Shown piece by piece: positions 63,801 through 64,000 of a stretch of 64,000 nucleotides of DNA. Every line of letters starts with the position of its first letter. Position 1 is the stretch's first letter. The position numbers and the translations under genes are program-made. Source of the stretch: Monocercomonoides exilis PA203 (taxonomy: Eukaryota > Protista > Preaxostyla). The notes below the pieces were generated by a model. It did not search any database, was not told where the DNA came from, and saw only the letters and a list, made by a program, of their open reading frames with translations. The stretch is from the NCBI GenBank assembly GCA_001643675.2, contig LSRY02000030.1:248001-312000 (forward strand). Reading direction: 5' to 3'.

Positions 63801-64000
63801 GCATCCCTCCCACAGATCGAGTTGTTCGAGTTCAGTGACTCCTGGTTGTAGTTCAGCGCAAACAGTGTTTCGTTGATCTGGTGCTCAATCGAGTGGCATC
63901 TGACAAACATGTCTTTCCCCACATGTGCCTCATTCATCACAAACAGGATATTCACAATCTTGAAATTCAGAGGCGGAATCTGACTCTCATTTCCATAATT
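60884..64000 (-). CDS. Large surface protein (Cys/Gly-rich beta-helix-like ectodomain, single TM helix, C-terminal kinase-like domain); 5' end outside the window
   Basis: ORF of >1023 aa open to the window edge. TM segment WLLIVIIMAVILFIVLIGFVLFVV. Kinase C-lobe motifs RWKAPE, VFSIGMMLWECLT..PF, G.RP, PSQRPT. Confidence 0.88.
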   Translation of the reverse strand, partial: NYGNESQIPPLNFKIVNILFVMNEAHVGKDMFVRCHSIEHQINETLFALNYNQESLNSNNSICGRDAWSEGDVDLIPLITFYYSAQVFVSGRGSDGRGCGAQSNPCVSIDCGVEHIQEGVMNGILIDGEGFVRKECVIGDLVVNSLKKTQGIVRLNCKIEKSGEKDCVMEFVNECSVERCSFEFEDGFELTHNCLMKVKNGSMEIQKCEFFSFSTAVEDMKLNSSIVSVESGELKIFDSTFRDIHSTTAVLSFCEESVVTIDETRISNIKCEGDVVSVGGKAKVEMKEMGVENVTLLLEGCVIGMEDAEQEFSVLNSSFGKCENSVNKGSMMQIRNSKNVRVEACVFDGEKEDEIGNEENNRKEGLCKWNGSLVDIEKSNVEMRETTIRNSKGGGLWVSGGSVKIENGKFENNNPSIEGYPSARRNVICEGNGELNVVSVKGGDGWERNTSLWILDEGCELGGIATERGSSFFIPILEEVKNTTQPDGNLELMIVGKLLLPCDLSVKMSMKNGDEEEIVRKGIEEEGFVSENEIHTFVSCSEWEKVREETEVSVSILFGKADSPSSTESFIVKNRSESVGKGDERIVEGEKEGKSYWLLIVIIMAVILFIVLIGFVLFVVRWSKQKRRTKELEEIVNDTVKKDPKAFEMVTMEMSPEEQWRRAEREAEKKNEERMKKRVYEKSLGHSESSEHLLSESGSTEYILGRDSDKIPQWMLEKVDEKEIEDEETRKRTPSPSVSSTSATDSDSDSSFVRSESLCPTTSSMSNLVDAMACSSPHEKLIVDLRDSLFMLLHGRNKTKEMPIGTLQEREHTAAQILFWVANLALHSFDEMENGLSSLSTLSPHIVLFSEHMVICIVIHSDLLSSDDSDSSSISSSTVVTSASDDDDSDSLPSSAFEDDEYNRKECLRWKAPELLMNKKMGATKESVVFSIGMMLWECLTLQIPFGEYEGEVAGQKIVNGERPDMKLVEESGMSFVVSKCFSPDPSQRPTLGNLKKEFIQRFPAGTVMLTVSDAIDLEEPSKEEEESTGEDAETLLS

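Noticed and set aside
1-64000. Genome-wide alternative genetic code (TAR=Gln or TGA=Trp)
   Set aside because: The >1000-codon ORF has no internal stops and ends in TAA. Stops in decayed copies align to mixed residues (W, S, G, Q).

Overview
AT-rich eukaryotic genomic DNA with short (about 40-100 nt) GT-AG introns. The gene families (EEKNEKLL..ICVPCLLK..HQEHHNL repeat proteins; large Cys/Gly-rich surface proteins with a TM helix and kinase-like tail) point to an oxymonad such as Monocercomonoides; this is inference from family recognition. The window is dense with transposons. It holds two DIRS-type tyrosine-recombinase retroelements (a full-length decayed copy with an ICR at 12.5-18.4 kb and a very old relic at 0.9-5.5 kb), two pogo-type DD35D DNA transposases, and several MITE/foldback families with TA or 8-bp TSDs. 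The most unusual structure is an 8.85-kb unit (35184-44035) with near-perfect 1.67-kb inverted arms. It encloses a decayed, spliced gene in which a ubiquitin-specific protease (USP/C19) domain sits inside a Sola-like DDD transposase, followed directly by a predicted multi-helix pseudoknotted RNA structure. Only about two host genes look intact (22.4-23.8 kb and 60.9-64 kb). All alignments and folds were done by eye.
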